From positions 1 through 54,082 of the forward strand of contig CAVAPI010000001.1 of NCBI GenBank assembly GCA_963590445.1: a stretch of 54,082 bases of DNA, written 5' to 3'. This DNA comes from Lachnospiraceae bacterium (GTDB lineage: Bacteria > Bacteroidota > Bacteroidia > Bacteroidales > Bacteroidaceae). Position numbers and translations under genes: made by a program. The notes under the pieces are model-generated. The model worked only from the letters and a program-made list of their open reading frames with translations, did not search any database and had not been told where the DNA came from. Below are positions 42,434 to 52,347 of the stretch, one piece after another. The number at the start of each line of letters is the position of its first letter. The first letter of the stretch is position 1.

Positions 42434-43519
42434 ATGAAATACGCAAGACAGATAATGTGTCTGCTTCTGGTAATGTGGCTGGCTGTTCCCTCGATGGCGC
42501 AGACCAAGGCCGCTGACGGCAGCGAGCTTGACATCAAGAGCGTGGTGCTCGGGCACATAAAGGACTCGCACGATTGGCACGTCACCGACATTGGCGGCCA
42601 CCCGGTGGTCATCAATCTTCCGGTAATAGTCAACAGCAGCACCGGGTGGCACGTGTTTTCAACCGCCGAGTTCAGCCATGAGGCAGACGAAAACGGCTAC
42701 AGGAACGGCCCGTACAACCTTGCCATTGCCACTAAAGGTGACAATGCCGGCAAGATTGTGGAGCGTTCCGGCACAGAAGTGACCTTGCCGCTTGACCTGT
42801 CCATAACCAAGACGGTGGCAACGATGTTCATTGATGTCATCCTGTTGCTGCTTGCCGTGCTTGTACCGGCCCGCTGGTATCGCCGTCACAAGGCGAGCGA
42901 CCCAGCGCCCAAGGGCTTTACCGGCTTTATGGAGATGCTTGTCACGTATGTGGAGGACAATATAATCAAGCCGGGGGTAGGGAAAGGCTACGAAAAGTAT
43001 TCGCCCTATCTGCTCACCTGCTTCTTCTTTATCTTCACCTGCAACCTTATGGGACTGATGCCGTTCCCTCCCGGAGGCGGGAACGTGACAGGTAACATTG
43101 CCGTAACGTTCTTCCTCGCATTGTGTACCTTCATAGTTACACAGTTCAGCGGCAACAAACACTATTGGAAAGACATATTCTGGCCGGAAGTACCGACATG
43201 GTTGAAGGCTCCGGCGCCCATCATCCCGTTGATAGAATTCGTGGGTATCTTCACAAAACCGTTCGCCTTGATGATCCGTCTCTTCGCCAATATGATGGCA
43301 GGCCATGCCATTGCACTTGCGCTGACGTGCATTATCTTCCTTGTGGCGACGAAAGCCGTGGCGGTATTCGTGGGCATGACAGCCGTGAGCGTGCTTATGA
43401 GCATCTTCATGATGTGCCTTGAGGTGCTGGTGTGCTTCATCCAGTCGATGGTATTCACCATGCTTTCCGCAACATTCATCGGACTTGCGCGTGCAGTACC
43501 GGAGGGTGAAGGGCATTGA
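42434..43519 (+). CDS. atpB: Fo subunit a
   Basis: HIKDSHDWH, NLMGLMP, KPFALMIRLFANMMAGH, FIQS.VF. Confidence 0.95.
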   Translation: MKYARQIMCLLLVMWLAVPSMAQTKAADGSELDIKSVVLGHIKDSHDWHVTDIGGHPVVINLPVIVNSSTGWHVFSTAEFSHEADENGYRNGPYNLAIATKGDNAGKIVERSGTEVTLPLDLSITKTVATMFIDVILLLLAVLVPARWYRRHKASDPAPKGFTGFMEMLVTYVEDNIIKPGVGKGYEKYSPYLLTCFFFIFTCNLMGLMPFPPGGGNVTGNIAVTFFLALCTFIVTQFSGNKHYWKDIFWPEVPTWLKAPAPIIPLIEFVGIFTKPFALMIRLFANMMAGHAIALALTCIIFLVATKAVAVFVGMTAVSVLMSIFMMCLEVLVCFIQSMVFTMLSATFIGLARAVPEGEGH

Positions 43520-43563
43520 AACATTGATAAAACAGAGAAAAGGGATAAGATAATAACAATTAA

Positions 43564-43812
<249 letters not shown>

Positions 43813-43893
43813 CCGCAGCGGAGTTTGTAATTAGAGAATTTGGAGAGTGCGGGGAGCCTTGCGCTTCCTCCCTTTCCCGTTAATAATCAGCTT

Positions 43894-44397
43894 ATGGATT
43901 TATTGATTCCGAGCACTGGATTGCTCTTTTGGATGACACTGACGTTTCTCGTGGTGCTCTTTATCCTGTGGAAGTTCGGCTTTCCCGTCATAGTAAAGAT
44001 GGTTAACGAGCGGAAACAGTATATAGACGAGAGCCTTGAGAAGGCACATCAGGCCAACATCCGCTTGGAGAACATCCAGAAAGAGGGTGAATCCATTCTG
44101 CAAGAAGCCCGGCAAAAGCAGGCTCAGATACTGAAGGAAGCTGCCGAAACGCGCGATGCCATTGTGGCCAAAGCCCAAGACAAGGCACGCGAAGAGGGCA
44201 ACCGCCTCATGTCGGAAGCCAAGGTTGCGATTGAAAACGAGAAGCAAGCCGCCATCAATGAGATACGTTCTCAGGTGGCAGAGCTTTCGGTCAGGATCGC
44301 AGAGAAGATACTTCGTCAGGAGCTTTCTGCCGAGTCAAAGCAGATGGAGACTATTGATAAGCTGTTGGATGAAGTCATTGTTGACGACAAAAAGTAA
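43894..44397 (+). CDS. atpF: Fo subunit b
   Basis: P.TGLLFW, single TM, ER...I coiled coil. Confidence 0.93.
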   Translation: MDLLIPSTGLLFWMTLTFLVVLFILWKFGFPVIVKMVNERKQYIDESLEKAHQANIRLENIQKEGESILQEARQKQAQILKEAAETRDAIVAKAQDKAREEGNRLMSEAKVAIENEKQAAINEIRSQVAELSVRIAEKILRQELSAESKQMETIDKLLDEVIVDDKK

Positions 44398-44403
44398 GTT
44401 TGT

Positions 44404-44967
44404 ATGGACATAGGAGTAATATCGGTGAGATACGCCCGTGCGTTGCTTAAGGCTGCAACCGACGCTAAGGCCGAGGAAAAAGTGTATCGGGAGATGCAGA
44501 CTCTGGCCGACAGCTACGTTGACGTGCCGGGTTTGAGGCGAACGATAGACAATCCGATGCTCGCAAAGGAAAGGAAAAAGGCCTTGCTTGCGGTGGCCTG
44601 TGGTGGCGGTTCGGTCGTGTCGGGCGGTGCATCCGGGCTTTCTCCGCAGACGGAGAAGTTCCTTGACCTTGTCCTATGCGGTGACCGTGAAGACCTATTG
44701 CAGTTCATGGCCAATTCATACGTGACCCTTTACAGGCAGCAGAAGAACATCATCCTCGGCAAATTGACCACCGCCGTTGCCGTTTCTGAAGCAGTTGAGC
44801 GTAAGATGCGCCAGATGGTGGAGTCAAAGACTAATGGAACTGTGCAGTTTAAGGCCGAAGTAAATCCCGAAATCATAGGAGGCTTTGTGCTTGAGTACGA
44901 CACTTACCGGCTCGATGCCAGCGTGCAGAGCCGGCTGCGTGCCATACAGGCACAGTTGAAGCATTGA
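44404..44967 (+). CDS. atpH: F1 subunit delta
   Basis: RYARAL, IIGGF, DASV. Confidence 0.92.
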   Translation: MDIGVISVRYARALLKAATDAKAEEKVYREMQTLADSYVDVPGLRRTIDNPMLAKERKKALLAVACGGGSVVSGGASGLSPQTEKFLDLVLCGDREDLLQFMANSYVTLYRQQKNIILGKLTTAVAVSEAVERKMRQMVESKTNGTVQFKAEVNPEIIGGFVLEYDTYRLDASVQSRLRAIQAQLKH

Positions 44968-45003
44968 GTTTACCATTAATTGTTCAATGAATATTAAGAA
45001 ACA

Positions 45004-46590
45004 ATGTCAGATAAAATAAAACCAAGCGAGGTGTCCCAGGTGCTTCTCAATGAGCTTAAGGGCATCAGTGACAGCGAGAAATTCGACGAGGTCGGCACAG
45101 TGCTTGAGGTTAGTGACGGCGTTGCCCGCCTGTATGGGCTGCGCAATGCTGAGGCCAACGAACTCCTTGAGTTTGAAAACGGCACGATGGCCATTGTGAT
45201 GAACCTTGAGGAAGACAACGTGGGTTGCGTGCTTCTCGGTTCTACGGAGGGCATTAAGGAGGGCATGGTCGTCAAACGGACCAAACGAATCGCATCTATC
45301 CGTGTGAATGACAATATGCTTGGCCGTGTCATAAACCCCTTGGGACAGGCCATAGACGGCAAGGGCGACATCGATCTCTCCGATTCTTTCGAGATGCCTC
45401 TCGACCGCAAGGCTCCGGGAGTTATCTATCGCCAACCCGTGAAGGAACCTCTTCAGACCGGTTTGAAGGCTGTTGACTCGATGATACCCATCGGCCGGGG
45501 GCAGCGCGAGCTTATTATAGGTGACCGACAGACGGGAAAAACGGCCATAGCCGTTGACACCATCATCAACCAGAAGAGCTTCTACGAGGCCGGCAAGCCG
45601 GTCTATTGCATCTATGTGGCCATCGGGCAGAAGGCATCTACCGTTGCCGCTCTCGTATCCAACCTGCGCGAGCACGGCGCAATGCCCTATACCATCATCG
45701 TGGCGGCCACAGCTGCCGACCCGGCGGCCATGCAGTATTACGCACCGTTTGCCGGAGCGGCCATAGGCGAGTACTTCCGCGACCGTGGAATGTCCGCTTT
45801 GGTTGTCTATGACGACCTTTCCAAACAGGCAGTGGCCTATCGCGAGGTGTCACTGATACTCCGCCGTCCGTCAGGACGCGAGGCTTACCCCGGCGATGTG
45901 TTCTATTTGCACTCGCGTCTGCTTGAACGCGCGGCGCGAATCAACGACCAGCAGGAAGTGGCCGAGCAGATGAACGACCTCCCGGAGTGCATGAAAGGTC
46001 ATGTACGCGGTGGTGGCTCGCTCACAGCCCTACCGATTATCGAGACACAGGCAGGAGACGTGTCGGCCTACATCCCGACTAACGTCATCTCAATCACCGA
46101 CGGGCAGATTTATCTCGAGACGGATTTGTTCAACCAGGGCTTCCGTCCTGCCATCAACGTGGGCATCTCGGTGTCGCGTGTGGGCGGTTCGGCACAGATA
46201 AAGAGTATGAAGAATGTGGCCGGAACGCTGAAAATCGACCAGGCACAGTACCGTGAGCTTGAGAGTTTCAGCAAGTTCTCAAGCGATATGGATGCCGTTA
46301 CGGCCATGACTCTTGACCGTGGCCGCAAGAACAACCAGCTTCTCATACAGCCGCAGTACAGCCCGATGTCCGTGGGCGAGCAGATTGCAATCCTTTACTG
46401 CGGCACCCACGGTCTCATGCACGATGTTCCGGTGGAGAAGGTGCGCGAGTGTCAGGACTCGTTCCTTGAGAAACTGCGCTCAACCCATCAGGAAGTTATC
46501 GGCACCTTGGGCAGCGGCAAGATTGACGACGACACAACCAAGACGATAGAGGCTGTGATGGCCGACATTGCCGGGCAGTATAAAAGCTAA
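45004..46590 (+). CDS. atpA: F1 subunit alpha
   Basis: [35 protein letters not shown]. Confidence 0.97.
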   Translation: MSDKIKPSEVSQVLLNELKGISDSEKFDEVGTVLEVSDGVARLYGLRNAEANELLEFENGTMAIVMNLEEDNVGCVLLGSTEGIKEGMVVKRTKRIASIRVNDNMLGRVINPLGQAIDGKGDIDLSDSFEMPLDRKAPGVIYRQPVKEPLQTGLKAVDSMIPIGRGQRELIIGDRQTGKTAIAVDTIINQKSFYEAGKPVYCIYVAIGQKASTVAALVSNLREHGAMPYTIIVAATAADPAAMQYYAPFAGAAIGEYFRDRGMSALVVYDDLSKQAVAYREVSLILRRPSGREAYPGDVFYLHSRLLERAARINDQQEVAEQMNDLPECMKGHVRGGGSLTALPIIETQAGDVSAYIPTNVISITDGQIYLETDLFNQGFRPAINVGISVSRVGGSAQIKSMKNVAGTLKIDQAQYRELESFSKFSSDMDAVTAMTLDRGRKNNQLLIQPQYSPMSVGEQIAILYCGTHGLMHDVPVEKVRECQDSFLEKLRSTHQEVIGTLGSGKIDDDTTKTIEAVMADIAGQYKS

Positions 46591-46596
46591 AAGCCT

Positions 46597-47562
46597 ATGC
46601 CTTCACTTAAAGAGATAAAGGTTCGCATCAACTCGGTCAACAGTACTCGCAAGATAACGAGTGCGATGAAGATGGTGGCATCGTCCAAACTCCATCATGC
46701 ACAGGCCATGATAGAGAACATGCTGCCCTATGAGACCATGCTGGAGCATATCCTCAAGACGTTCCTTGCCTCTGAAGCTGATGCTGCAACGGCCTTTAGC
46801 GTGGAGCGTCCGGTCAAGCGGGTGGCACTGCTCGCGTATTCTTCCAACAGCAGTCTGTGCGGTGGCTTCAACGCCAACGTCATCAAGATGATGCAGCACA
46901 TCGTCGGAGAGTATGAAAACCTCGGACTTGACAACATCGTGGTGTATCCCATCGGGCGCAAGGTGGCCGAAAAGGCGGCACGGCTTGGCCTGAACGTAGG
47001 CGGAGACTTCACCTCTTTGGCCGACAAGCCCAACGTCAAGCAGTGCATAGAGCTGGCTCACGAGCTGGGAATGAAGTTCCTCAATGGCGAGATTGACCGG
47101 GTTGAGATGGTTTACCACCACTTCAAGAGTGCCGGATCGCAGATCCTGACGCGCAAAACCTTCCTCCCCATTGACATCAGCACGGAGCTTAACCGTGACC
47201 ATGAGCGCGACTTGTCGTCAAGCATCGCCACGCTTAAGTCGCAGGAATATCTGCGCAAGAAGGGACAACGCACGTCCGTGCAGTCGCAAGAGGCCAAGCC
47301 GCTCAACGACAACTTCATTGTTGAGCCTGACATGAACGCCGTTCTCGGACAGCTGATACCCAAGTTGGCCCACCTGATGATATACACAGCCCTGTTGGAC
47401 AGTATCGCCAGCGAGCATGCGGCACGCATGGTGGCCATGCAGTCGGCCACTGACAATGCCGACGAGCTGCTTCGCCAGCTAAATCTGCAGTACAACAAGA
47501 GCAGACAGCAGGCCATTACCAACGAATTGCTGGACATTGTGGGTGGCACGGTCAACAACTAA
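46597..47562 (+). CDS. atpG: F1 subunit gamma
   Basis: KITSAMKMVA, SEHAARMVAM..ATDNA, RQ.AITNEL. Confidence 0.96.
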   Translation: MPSLKEIKVRINSVNSTRKITSAMKMVASSKLHHAQAMIENMLPYETMLEHILKTFLASEADAATAFSVERPVKRVALLAYSSNSSLCGGFNANVIKMMQHIVGEYENLGLDNIVVYPIGRKVAEKAARLGLNVGGDFTSLADKPNVKQCIELAHELGMKFLNGEIDRVEMVYHHFKSAGSQILTRKTFLPIDISTELNRDHERDLSSSIATLKSQEYLRKKGQRTSVQSQEAKPLNDNFIVEPDMNAVLGQLIPKLAHLMIYTALLDSIASEHAARMVAMQSATDNADELLRQLNLQYNKSRQQAITNELLDIVGGTVNN

Positions 47563-47634
47563 GCCGTCTTTTTCACGCAACTAAGCGCGGCAAAAGTCCG
47601 CCACGCCACTTTACGAACAGCGTTTCTATAGCTG

Positions 47635-47684
47635 GCCGAGCCGCATCTGACGCATAAAAGCGCAGGTGCGGCTCGGCTCGTTTT
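47635..47684. terminator. Terminator hairpin between convergent atpG and aguB
   Basis: GCCGAGCCGCATCTG / CAGGTGCGGCTCGGC followed by a T-rich stretch. Confidence 0.75.
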
Positions 47685-47736
47685 GTATTGTTTTTGCCCG
47701 AAACCTGGCGGGATTGTTACACGGGAAAGTGCCTTT

Positions 47737-48621
47737 TCAGTCGATGAAGCGGCGCGTGATGTCGCCGTAGGCGTCTGTCCGGCGGTCTCTAAGGAACGGC
47801 CACCACCGTCTCACCTGTTCGCTGTGGCTCATGTCCACGCTTGTTACGTTGCACGTCTCCTCGCTTTCCGGCGCTTCATGGAGCAGTTCGCCTTGCGGCC
47901 CGGCTATGAATGAAGTGCCCCAAAACTGTATTCCCTCCGTCTGTCCCGACGGGTCTGGCTCAAAGCCCGTGCGGTTTACTGCCACAACAGGCAGTCCGTT
48001 GGCCACGGCATGGCCGCGCTGCACCGTCTGCCAAGCCCTCCGCTGCCGCTGCTGTTCCTCCTTTGTGTCGCTGGCGGCGTAGCCTATGGCCGTGGGATAG
48101 ATGAGTATTTCCGCGCCGTGCAGTGCCATGAGCCTTGCTGCTTCGGGATACCACTGGTCCCAACACACCATTACCCCAAGGCAACCCACGCTTGTCTGTA
48201 TCGGAACGAAGCCCTTGTCGCCCGGAGTGAAGTAGAATTTCTCGTAGTAGGCCGGGTCGTCGGGTATGTGCATCTTGCGGTATGTGCCGGCTATAGTGCC
48301 GTCGCGCTCTATGACCACCGCCGTGTTGTGGTACAGTCCCGCCGCCCTTTTCTCGAACAGCGAGGCCACTATCACCACGCCGTGCTCCTTGGCGAGCTTG
48401 CCGAACAGCCGGGTTGACGGTCCGGGAATGGTCTCCGCCAGGTCGAAGTTGTCCACATCCTCCACCTGACAGAAGTAGAGCGAGTTGTGCAGTTCCTGCA
48501 ATACGATGAGCTGTGCGCCGTTTTTTGCGAGCCGTGCCACGCTTTCGGCCAGTCTGTCCGTGTTGTTCCGTGTGTCGGACGTGTTGTGCTGTTGCACTAT
48601 TCCTATCTTCAGTTCTCTCAT
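47737..48621 (-). CDS. aguB: N-carbamoylputrescine amidase (carbon-nitrogen hydrolase)
   Basis: LQEL, YRKMHIPDDPAYYEKFYFTPGD, CWDQWYPE; adjacent to agmatine deiminase. Confidence 0.88.
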   Translation of the reverse strand: MRELKIGIVQQHNTSDTRNNTDRLAESVARLAKNGAQLIVLQELHNSLYFCQVEDVDNFDLAETIPGPSTRLFGKLAKEHGVVIVASLFEKRAAGLYHNTAVVIERDGTIAGTYRKMHIPDDPAYYEKFYFTPGDKGFVPIQTSVGCLGVMVCWDQWYPEAARLMALHGAEILIYPTAIGYAASDTKEEQQRQRRAWQTVQRGHAVANGLPVVAVNRTGFEPDPSGQTEGIQFWGTSFIAGPQGELLHEAPESEETCNVTSVDMSHSEQVRRWWPFLRDRRTDAYGDITRRFID

Positions 48622-48684
48622 TTCTTCGCTTTTCGTTTTGTTTTTGCGGCGGTTGCCGATGCCCTTTCCTCTGTTTTTGCCCTG

Positions 48685-49725
48685 TCAGAGCGGTATCTGC
48701 ATGGTGCAGCAGTGCAGCGAACCGTGCTGCACTATGATGCTTCGGCAGTCTATGCCTGTCGTTTCCCTTCCGGGAAAAGCCTTGGCTATGGTTTCCAGCG
48801 CCGCCTTGTCGGCCTTCTCCTGGCCGTATGTGGGGCAGAGCACCGCCCCGTTCACCACGAGAAAGTTGGCGTATGTGGCCGGCAGCCGTTCCCCGTCTCT
48901 CACTATTGGGCCGGGCGAGGGCAGCCGGAGCAGCCTGTATGGCTTGCCTTCGGCAGTCCTCAGCGATGCCAGCTGCTGTTCCATCAGCCGCAGTCCGTGA
49001 TACTGCGCATCAGTCGGGTCGTCGCATCCCGCATACAGCAGAGTGTCATCGGGAGCTACCCTCACCAGTGTGTCTATGTGGCCATCCGTGTCGTCACCGG
49101 TCAGTTCCCCATAGTCTATCCACACTATGCGCTGTGCGCGGAGAGTCTGTTTCAGCCTCTGCTCTATAGCGTTTCTGTCCATCGGCTGGTTGCGGTGCGG
49201 GGCTGTCAGGCACTTTGTCGTGGTGAAAACCGTGCCCTTGCCGTCGCTTTCTATCGAACCCCCTTCCAGAACAAAGTCGAGGTGGCTCTCGTAGCAGCCC
49301 TCCACCATACCTGCGTCATACAGTTTTCGGTTGATGGCGTTGTCCTTTCCGGCGGCAAACTTCTCTCCCCATCCGTTGAAGCGGAAGTCGAGCAGCAGCC
49401 TCTTGCCCTCCTGGTTTGTAAGGGTGATGAACCCGTGGTCGCGCGCCCATGTGTCGTCGGTGTCACAGGCCATTGTGGTAATGTTTGCCAGCGTCTCCGG
49501 CTCGCCTATAAGCCTCTTCCTTATGGCCGTCATGGCCTTTTCGGGGTCGGGAGCCACTATGACAAGCCGCTCTCGGCGTGCTATTTCCGCGGCCATCTCC
49601 ACGTATGTGGCGGTTATCTCGTCCAGAATGGGTTGCCAGTCGGTGCCTTCGTGCGGCCAAGTGAGCTGCACTCCCCATTGCGGCGCCCATTCTGCGGGCA
49701 AGTGGTATGTCGTTTCGTCTGCCAT
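48685..49725 (-). CDS. aguA: Agmatine deiminase family protein
   Basis: PAEW, LTWPH, WARDHG, EGGSIE, DDTDGHID, YANF, GSLHCCTMQ; TACCTTTG promoter at 49761-49768 (minus strand). Confidence 0.88.
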   Translation of the reverse strand: MADETTYHLPAEWAPQWGVQLTWPHEGTDWQPILDEITATYVEMAAEIARRERLVIVAPDPEKAMTAIRKRLIGEPETLANITTMACDTDDTWARDHGFITLTNQEGKRLLLDFRFNGWGEKFAAGKDNAINRKLYDAGMVEGCYESHLDFVLEGGSIESDGKGTVFTTTKCLTAPHRNQPMDRNAIEQRLKQTLRAQRIVWIDYGELTGDDTDGHIDTLVRVAPDDTLLYAGCDDPTDAQYHGLRLMEQQLASLRTAEGKPYRLLRLPSPGPIVRDGERLPATYANFLVVNGAVLCPTYGQEKADKAALETIAKAFPGRETTGIDCRSIIVQHGSLHCCTMQIPL

Positions 49726-49852
49726 AGTCGTCTTTTTCGCCGTTTCAGCTTGCGTTTGTGCAAAGGTAATCATTATAAGCAGGTATTAAAAATTATCCGT
49801 ATATATTTATGGCCGGCAGGGACTATTATACTTTGACATTAGCTTTGCCCTG

Positions 49853-49935
49853 CAAAAACCGCCCGTTTGCGCATCGCAAATGCACGGTTTGCGAGGCGCA
49901 AACGGGCGGTTTGCGGCAGCAGACCGGGGACTTGC
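49853..49935. repeat. Degenerate 22-bp-period array
   Basis: AAA(C/T) at 49856, 49878, 49900; GTTT at 49865, 49887, 49909. Confidence 0.78.
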
Positions 49936-50038
49936 CTTGCAAGGATAGGGAATTTCCCACCGCGTTTTAGGGAAAATCCTTTGCGGGGCAGGCCGCTTTT
50001 TCGTTACTTTGCGGTAGAGAAACTTAAAACGAAGCGAT

Positions 50039-51121
50039 ATGAAACGGATAATGATGACTCTGGTTGCAGTGCTCGTGATGGCATCACAGGCAAGCGCAAT
50101 GAGCTATGAGCAGGCTCGTAGGGAGGCTCTTTTCCTCACCGACAAAATGGCTTACGAACTCAACCTGACGCAAGAGCAGTATGAAGCGGCCTATGAGATA
50201 AACCTCGACTACCTCATGGGCGTTACCAGTGTGGACGATGTGTACAGTATCTGCTGGACCCGCCGCAACCTGGACTTGAGTTACATCCTGCTTGACTGGC
50301 AGTGGAGCGCGTTCAGGGCGGCTTCCTACTTCTACCGTCCGCTCTATTGGGACGCCGGATACTGGCATTTCGGGGTGTATGCACGCTATCCGCACCGCAC
50401 GTTCCACTACTTTGCCCGTCCCGCAGTGTATCTTTCCTACCGCGGAGGCCACAGCTGGCGGTCAAACGGAGGCCGGAGCTACTACCACAACCGCCGCGAT
50501 GACTTCCGCCGCCCCGACAGTCATGTGGGTCTGCGCGACCGTTGGGACAAGGGAGACTTCCGCAATGCGCGCACAAACGGGCGCAGCAGCTCGACGAGGG
50601 TGACGGCCAACCGCAGCAACACGCCCGCCGGCAACTCTTCTACGCCGGCCACAAACCGCACCGGCAGCCGCTTTGGCGGGGCAAGGACCGGCTCTTCCGC
50701 CGGCCAACCCTCCGGCATACGCGTCCCGGGCGGCAAGTCAGGCGCCACAACGTCATCTTCGGTGCGCACACAGGAGCAGAAAACCGCCGGAACTACGGCG
50801 GGCAGGCAGACCGGAAGCGTGCGCTTCGGCACGGCAAACGGCTTCGGCGGACAGCGCAACAGCAGCGCTCTCGGCACGTCTCGCACCACTTTCGGCACGT
50901 CAAAAGTAAACTACGGCACATCCAATGTCAAAGCCGTGTCACCGTCTCGCAGCACTTTCAGTGCGCCAAAGGCAAGCGTCGGCACATCCAGCCGCAGCTC
51001 CAGCTTCGGCCAGTCGCACAGCAGCGGGTCGCCGACACGGGTGAGCACAGGCGCATCCCGCAGCGGTGGCAGCGCAGGAGGCTCGTCTTCGCGCGGCGGA
51101 TCGTTCGGCGGACGGCGTTGA
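50039..51121 (+). CDS. Exported hypothetical protein with helical N-domain, aromatic/Arg-rich middle and Gly/Ser/Arg low-complexity tail
   Basis: Signal peptide ending ASA; LTDKMAYELNL..EQY...YEIN.DY; ends RGGSFGGRR. Confidence 0.75.
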   Translation: MKRIMMTLVAVLVMASQASAMSYEQARREALFLTDKMAYELNLTQEQYEAAYEINLDYLMGVTSVDDVYSICWTRRNLDLSYILLDWQWSAFRAASYFYRPLYWDAGYWHFGVYARYPHRTFHYFARPAVYLSYRGGHSWRSNGGRSYYHNRRDDFRRPDSHVGLRDRWDKGDFRNARTNGRSSSTRVTANRSNTPAGNSSTPATNRTGSRFGGARTGSSAGQPSGIRVPGGKSGATTSSSVRTQEQKTAGTTAGRQTGSVRFGTANGFGGQRNSSALGTSRTTFGTSKVNYGTSNVKAVSPSRSTFSAPKASVGTSSRSSSFGQSHSSGSPTRVSTGASRSGGSAGGSSSRGGSFGGRR

Positions 51122-51212
51122 GTCTGGTCTCGGATGAACACAACCCCGGCAGTCCTGTTCCCGGATGCCGTGGATGGAGAATCGAAAGAAGCCCCCTACG
51201 GGGCGAAAGCAA

Positions 51213-51247
51213 ATGCCCGCCCGGCACAAAGCGTACCGGGCGGGCAT
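51213..51247. terminator. Hairpin between convergent genes
   Basis: ATGCCCGCCCGG / CCGGGCGGGCAT. Confidence 0.65.
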
Positions 51248-51270
51248 CTTCTTGCGGCCTTTCCCTGTTC

Positions 51271-51780
51271 TTATAGCGGCGTGTAGGCGTTGACAATCTC
51301 CACGATATACACGTCGTGGTAGCCGCCTTTCTGGCCGTACCACTGCGTCAGGCTCCGGTCAATGAAGCATTCGGGCTTCAGAACGTCCTTGTACAGCTTG
51401 CGGCACTCAAGGGTCAGCCGCGCCTGTCGGTACGTTACTCCGCCTGTCCCGGTCACTATCGGCTCCAGTCCCGTCTCCTTTGCCTTGTCAATGTCGCGCC
51501 CTGACTTGGTGCCGCATACGTTGTAAATGCTTCTGGCTTCGGGTGAGTTGCCGAGAAAGGCCAGTGTGACTGGCACATCCTGCTCCATGAACTCGTGCGT
51601 GTGGCGTTCCGGCCGCACGAAAACCACCGCCACAGGCTTGTTCCACAGCCATCCGATGCAGCCCCACGAGGCAGTCATGGTGTTGAACTTGCCCTCGCGT
51701 CCGGCTGTCACGAGCATCCACTCCTTGCCGATGGCCTCTATGAAATTGTCATTCAGCTCTTTTGTCTCGATCTTCTTCAT
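51271..51780 (-). CDS. Flavin reductase-like protein
   Basis: WMLVTAG, NTMTASWG, RPER.T, CGTKSGRD.DK, YH..YI.EI. Confidence 0.85.
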   Translation of the reverse strand: MKKIETKELNDNFIEAIGKEWMLVTAGREGKFNTMTASWGCIGWLWNKPVAVVFVRPERHTHEFMEQDVPVTLAFLGNSPEARSIYNVCGTKSGRDIDKAKETGLEPIVTGTGGVTYRQARLTLECRKLYKDVLKPECFIDRSLTQWYGQKGGYHDVYIVEIVNAYTPL

Positions 51781-52316
51781 TGCTTGTCTCCTTTGTCTTG
51801 TGCTTTGGGGTTGTCGTTGTCTTGCGGTTGCACCTCCATGGCGTGCTCCTTGGCCATGCTTCTCCAGCCGCTTGTCTTTATCAGATTGAACGTTGCCAGT
51901 TGCCGGCCTGTGTCCCACGACTCGAAAACGCCCCGGAACCGCTGGCCGCTGCCTATGGAATAGAGTTCGTAATCGCGTATTATTATGCGGTAACCGTCGT
52001 CAAACTCCATATAAATCCTGCCGTTTATGACTTTCCAGTTGAAGTCTGACGAGTAGGAACGGCCATACCGGTCGTAGTCAATCTCCCTTCCGTAGCCGCC
52101 ATTCGAGAACACGCCGTTCTGTACAAACCATATTTCAGTGTCCCAAGTGTCGCTTGAATGGTATCGGTTGGAGTAGTAGTCGCCATAGACGGTGCCTTGC
52201 CAGTAGCCGTTCAGGTTGTATGCCTGGTCCATGTCGTCGTCCGTGCATGACGAAAGCGTGAATACTGCCGTGGCAAACAGCAGTAGCAGTGTTGCAAAGT
52301 GTCGGGTTCTTTCCAT
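51777..52316 (-). CDS. Hypothetical lipoprotein (lipocalin-like G.W motif)
   Basis: Lipobox LSSC followed by acidic TDDDMD; LNGYWQG; beta-rich. Confidence 0.7.
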   Translation of the reverse strand: MERTRHFATLLLLFATAVFTLSSCTDDDMDQAYNLNGYWQGTVYGDYYSNRYHSSDTWDTEIWFVQNGVFSNGGYGREIDYDRYGRSYSSDFNWKVINGRIYMEFDDGYRIIIRDYELYSIGSGQRFRGVFESWDTGRQLATFNLIKTSGWRSMAKEHAMEVQPQDNDNPKAQDKGDKQ

Positions 52317-52347
52317 AATGTCAGTCTGTTTGGTTGGTAAAGTCGGG

